Below are positions 29,906-33,343 of a DNA stretch of 33,343 nucleotides, piece after piece (the stretch's first letter is position 1; every line of letters begins with the position of its first letter). A model generated the notes under the pieces. The model was given only the letters and a program-made list of their open reading frames with translations, was not told where the DNA came from and made no database searches. Where the stretch lies: the NCBI GenBank assembly GCA_964593895.1, contig CAZQKL010000003.1:1-33343 (forward strand), written 5' to 3'. The position numbers and the translations under genes are program-made. This DNA is from an uncultured bacterium (GTDB lineage Bacteria > DYJV01 > JALVYZ01).

Positions 29906-32179
29906 ATGAAAGAATTTAAAATTGCTCTTTCTGGCAATCCTAATGCAGGTAAAAGTTCAATTTTTAATGCATTAACAGGTTCAAGACAGCATGTTGCGAA
30001 TTATCCAGGTGTTACTGTGGAAAAGAAAGAAGGTGAATACATATTTAATGGTGTAAAATTTAAAGTAATTGATTTACCTGGAATTTATAGTTTAAGTGCA
30101 TATTCAATTGAGGAAATTGTTGCAAGGAATTTTATTTTAGAGGAGAAACCTGATGTTGTTGTTGATGTTATTGATGCATCAAATATTGAAAGGAATCTTT
30201 ATCTTGCAATTCAGCTACTTGAATTAAATGTTCCATTAATTTTGAATTTAAATATGATAGATGAAGCAAGGAAAAAAGGATTGGAAATTAATTCTCAATA
30301 TCTTTCCAAACTTTTAGGAGTTCCAGTTGTTGAAACAATAGCAAATAGAGAAAAAGGAATTGATGAATTAAAAGAGGTTATCTACGATTTTTGTATAAAT
30401 AAAAAAGAAATTTCACCTCCAAAATTTTATTATGGTGATGAAATTGAAAGTTCAATTGAGGTTCTAAAAACTTTTCTTGAAAGTTCCCCAATTTCTAAAA
30501 AGTATAATTTAAAGTGGATTGCATTGAAACTTCTTGAAGATGATGTTGAGATAAAAAAAGAAGTTAAAAAATATTTTCCTGAAAATCATGAATTTTGGAA
30601 AATTTTAAACAATGAAATTGAAAATTTAAGGAGCATATTTAATGAAGAGCCAGATATTTTAATTTCAGAAAAAAGATATGGATTTATCTCAGGAGCATGC
30701 AAAGAAAGTGTAACCAGAATAAATCCTCCAAGAATTGATATTTCTGATAAAATTGATGCGGTTTTAACAAATAAATTTTTCGGAATTCCTATATTCCTAT
30801 TTTTAATGTATTTAACTTTTCAGCTTACATTTACTCTTGGTGAAAAACCTGTAGAATGGATTGATACTTTTTTTACCTATTTATCTCATCTAATTTCAAC
30901 TTACTGGCATGGTGAAAATTTGATTAAATCATTAATTGTAAATGGAGTTATTCCAGGGGTAGGTTCTGTTATAGTATTTTTGCCAAATATAATCCTACTC
31001 TTTTTAGCTATAGGTATATTGGAATCCACAGGATATATGGCAAGAGCAGCTTTTATTATTGATAAGATTATGCATAAAATCGGTCTTCATGGGAAAAGTT
31101 TTATTCCAATGTTAATTGGGTTTGGTTGCAATGTTCCTGGAATTATGGCTACAAGAACACTTGATACAGAAAAGGATAGAATTTTAACTATCCTTATTCT
31201 TCCTCTTATGAGTTGCGGAGCAAGAGTTCCAATTTATATGTTAATTATTCCTGCTTTTTTCCCTTCTAAATTTCAGGCTCCAATAATGTGGGGAATATAT
31301 ATTACAGGAATAATTATAGCTCTTGTGCTTGTAAAAATTTTAAATAGATTAATTTTCAAGGGAGTTCCTGCACCTTTTTTAATGGAACTTCCTCCATATA
31401 GAATTCCAACTTTTAAGAATTTATACCTTTATGTGAGGGAGAAAAGTTACCAATATTTGAAAAAAGCTGGAACAATTATTTTAGCTCTTTCAATTATATT
31501 ATGGTTTTTATCAAGTTTTCCAAAAACCACTCATTTTAAAAAAGATTATGATGAAATAATTACCAGAATAAAAAAAGATTTAGCTATTAAAGAACATTCA
31601 TTGATTAGTGAGATAGAAAAATCTCCAGATTATAAAATAATAAAAAAATTAGTTGAAGAAGGGAAATATGATGAAGCAAAAAGTATAGCCAAAAACCTGT
31701 ATTTAAAGATTTTAAAATTAAAAGTTTTGAAAGAGAATGCAGAAAAACAGATTGAAAAGATAAAAGCTGAAAAAATGTCAGAAATAGCTTCAAATACATT
31801 TATAGGAAAATTAGGGCATTTTCTTGCACCAATTTTTAAACCCCTTGGTTTTGACTGGAAAATTGTAACAGCAATAATTGCTTCTTTGCCTGCAAAAGAA
31901 GTATTTGTATCTCAAATGAGTATTATAAATGCAGTTGGAGAAAAAGAATCAACAAAAAGGTTAATTGTAAAATTAAGGAGAAACTATTCCCCAATTGTAG
32001 GAATTTCCATACTTTTATGGGTATTAATTGCTTCTCCATGTATTGCAACATTAGCGGTTACCAAAAAAGAGACAGGTAGCTGGAAATGGGTTTTTTTGCA
32101 ATTTTTTGGTTTAACTTTTCTTGCTTATTTTCTTGTTTTTATGGTTTATAATTTTCTAAATATTCTTCTAATGCATTAA
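29906..32179 (+). CDS. feoB: Ferrous iron transport protein B
   Basis: G1 GNPNAGKS, NYPGVTVE, DLPGIYSL, NMID; gate motifs GFGCNVPG, MSCGAR, FLMELPPY, PCIAT. ATG 29906 (after GGAGAG) preferred to 29867. Confidence 0.96.
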   Translation: MKEFKIALSGNPNAGKSSIFNALTGSRQHVANYPGVTVEKKEGEYIFNGVKFKVIDLPGIYSLSAYSIEEIVARNFILEEKPDVVVDVIDASNIERNLYLAIQLLELNVPLILNLNMIDEARKKGLEINSQYLSKLLGVPVVETIANREKGIDELKEVIYDFCINKKEISPPKFYYGDEIESSIEVLKTFLESSPISKKYNLKWIALKLLEDDVEIKKEVKKYFPENHEFWKILNNEIENLRSIFNEEPDILISEKRYGFISGACKESVTRINPPRIDISDKIDAVLTNKFFGIPIFLFLMYLTFQLTFTLGEKPVEWIDTFFTYLSHLISTYWHGENLIKSLIVNGVIPGVGSVIVFLPNIILLFLAIGILESTGYMARAAFIIDKIMHKIGLHGKSFIPMLIGFGCNVPGIMATRTLDTEKDRILTILILPLMSCGARVPIYMLIIPAFFPSKFQAPIMWGIYITGIIIALVLVKILNRLIFKGVPAPFLMELPPYRIPTFKNLYLYVREKSYQYLKKAGTIILALSIILWFLSSFPKTTHFKKDYDEIITRIKKDLAIKEHSLISEIEKSPDYKIIKKLVEEGKYDEAKSIAKNLYLKILKLKVLKENAEKQIEKIKAEKMSEIASNTFIGKLGHFLAPIFKPLGFDWKIVTAIIASLPAKEVFVSQMSIINAVGEKESTKRLIVKLRRNYSPIVGISILLWVLIASPCIATLAVTKKETGSWKWVFLQFFGLTFLAYFLVFMVYNFLNILLMH

Positions 32180-33343
32180 AATAAGCATCTTTTAATTTTT
32201 CAAGTTCAATATCAATGATGTCTAAAATTTTTAGCCTGTTTTCAATAGTTTCTCCAATAACTGTAAAATCTATGTTAAAATCTCTTGCTATTTTTTCTAT
32301 TTTATCCAAATTTTCAGATGCACATGAAATAACAATTCTTGATGGACCTTCACCAAAATAAGTTTTTAAAAGATTATCAGATGAAAGATTTATTTTTGCT
32401 CCAATTAATTTTTTTCCTGTAATACAGCATTCAGCAATTGCAACAGCTAAACCACCTTCAGAAACATCATGAGCTGATTTTAATAAATCAAGGTCATTCA
32501 TTTTTATTAAACCATCAATCAATCTCTTCTCATAATCAAGGTCAACTTCTGGCAAATTTCCAGTTACTTTATTATGAAACTGGAAAAGATATTCAGAACC
32601 AGCCAAATATCCATCTATTCTACCTAAAAGAACAATTTTATCTCCAATATCTTTAAACCATTGAGTTAAATGTTTTTCAATGTTTTCAAGAATTCCAACC
32701 ATTCCAATTGTTGGAGTAGGATATATAGGATTACCACTTGTTTCGTTATAGAAACTCACATTTCCACTGACTACAGGAGTTTTTAAAATTTTGCAAGCTT
32801 CAGCAATTCCTTCAACAGCTTCTTTAAATTGCCACATAATTTCAGGCTTTTCAGGATTACCAAAATTTAAACAATCTGTAATAGCTTTTGGGACTGCACC
32901 AGAGCATGCTACATTCCTTGCACTTTCACAAACAGCCAACATTGCACCTTTTTTAGGGTCAAGATAGCAGTATCTTGAATTACAATCTGAACTTATTGCA
33001 ATCCCTTTATTTGTCCCTTTAATTCTTATAACTGCAGAATCTGAGCCTGGTAAAACAACAGTGTTTATTCTAACCATATGGTCATACTGTTCATATACCC
33101 ATTTTTTGCTTGCAATATTTAAATTTTTCAATAATTCAATTAAAACTTTATTAAAATTTTTTGGCTGAGGAATATCGTTTTCATTAAAATTTCTAAGTTT
33201 TTCAATATATTCAGGCTTTTTATAAGGTCTATTATATTTTGGAGCATCTTCAGAAAGATACTTTACAGGAATTTTAGCACATATCTCTCCATTGAATTTT
33301 AAAGTTAAAAACCCATCATCAGTTACATGTCCAACAACAACTG
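32139..33343 (-). CDS. purL: Phosphoribosylformylglycinamidine synthase subunit PurL (3' part; 5' end outside the window)
   Basis: SKKWVYEQYDHMV, TDCLNFGNPE, VSGNVSFYNET, HDVSEGGL; frame stays open upstream of 33131 (VVVGHVTDDG...DAPKYNRP) to the window edge. Confidence 0.95.
   Translation of the reverse strand, partial: VVVGHVTDDGFLTLKFNGEICAKIPVKYLSEDAPKYNRPYKKPEYIEKLRNFNENDIPQPKNFNKVLIELLKNLNIASKKWVYEQYDHMVRINTVVLPGSDSAVIRIKGTNKGIAISSDCNSRYCYLDPKKGAMLAVCESARNVACSGAVPKAITDCLNFGNPEKPEIMWQFKEAVEGIAEACKILKTPVVSGNVSFYNETSGNPIYPTPTIGMVGILENIEKHLTQWFKDIGDKIVLLGRIDGYLAGSEYLFQFHNKVTGNLPEVDLDYEKRLIDGLIKMNDLDLLKSAHDVSEGGLAVAIAECCITGKKLIGAKINLSSDNLLKTYFGEGPSRIVISCASENLDKIEKIARDFNIDFTVIGETIENRLKILDIIDIELEKLKDAYFNALEEYLENYKP

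Noticed and set aside
33132-33343. Apparent non-coding tail or truncated purL
   Set aside because: The purL frame is open to the window edge; the ORF-track start at 33131 is an edge artefact

Overview
A very AT-rich (by eye about 25-30% GC), densely packed core-genome window from a Gram-negative bacterium. Lon, GroEL, CheV, the hybrid PAS kinase and FeoB look Deltaproteobacteria/Thermodesulfobacteriota-like, possibly a thermophilic anaerobe (inference). It holds about 35 genes: pepP-ribE-ribBA-ribH-nusB-hyp-hsp20-lon; a convergent MacB-type ABC/CDF/PPIase/2-hydroxyacyl-CoA dehydratase unit; CIRCE-controlled groES-groEL; a D-2-hydroxyacid dehydrogenase; livHMGF; purF; tRNA-Gly(CCC); pal-hisH-lipoprotein-maf-yggS-hyp-leuD-leuB-cheV; amrS; a hybrid sensor kinase; dtxR-feoA-feoB; and the 3' part of purL. 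I found no CRISPR array, intact mobile element or convincing new multi-gene system. The most interesting signals are: (1) sigma70-like promoters ending 6-11 nt before SD-less ATGs at six operon-leading genes, suggesting systematic leaderless translation; (2) a doubly deleted nucleotidyltransferase-like relic between livG and livF; (3) strong GATC avoidance; (4) a DtxR-type operator overlapping its own start codon, with a His-to-Arg change at a metal-ligand position; (5) all four convergent gene pairs overlap, with no terminators.
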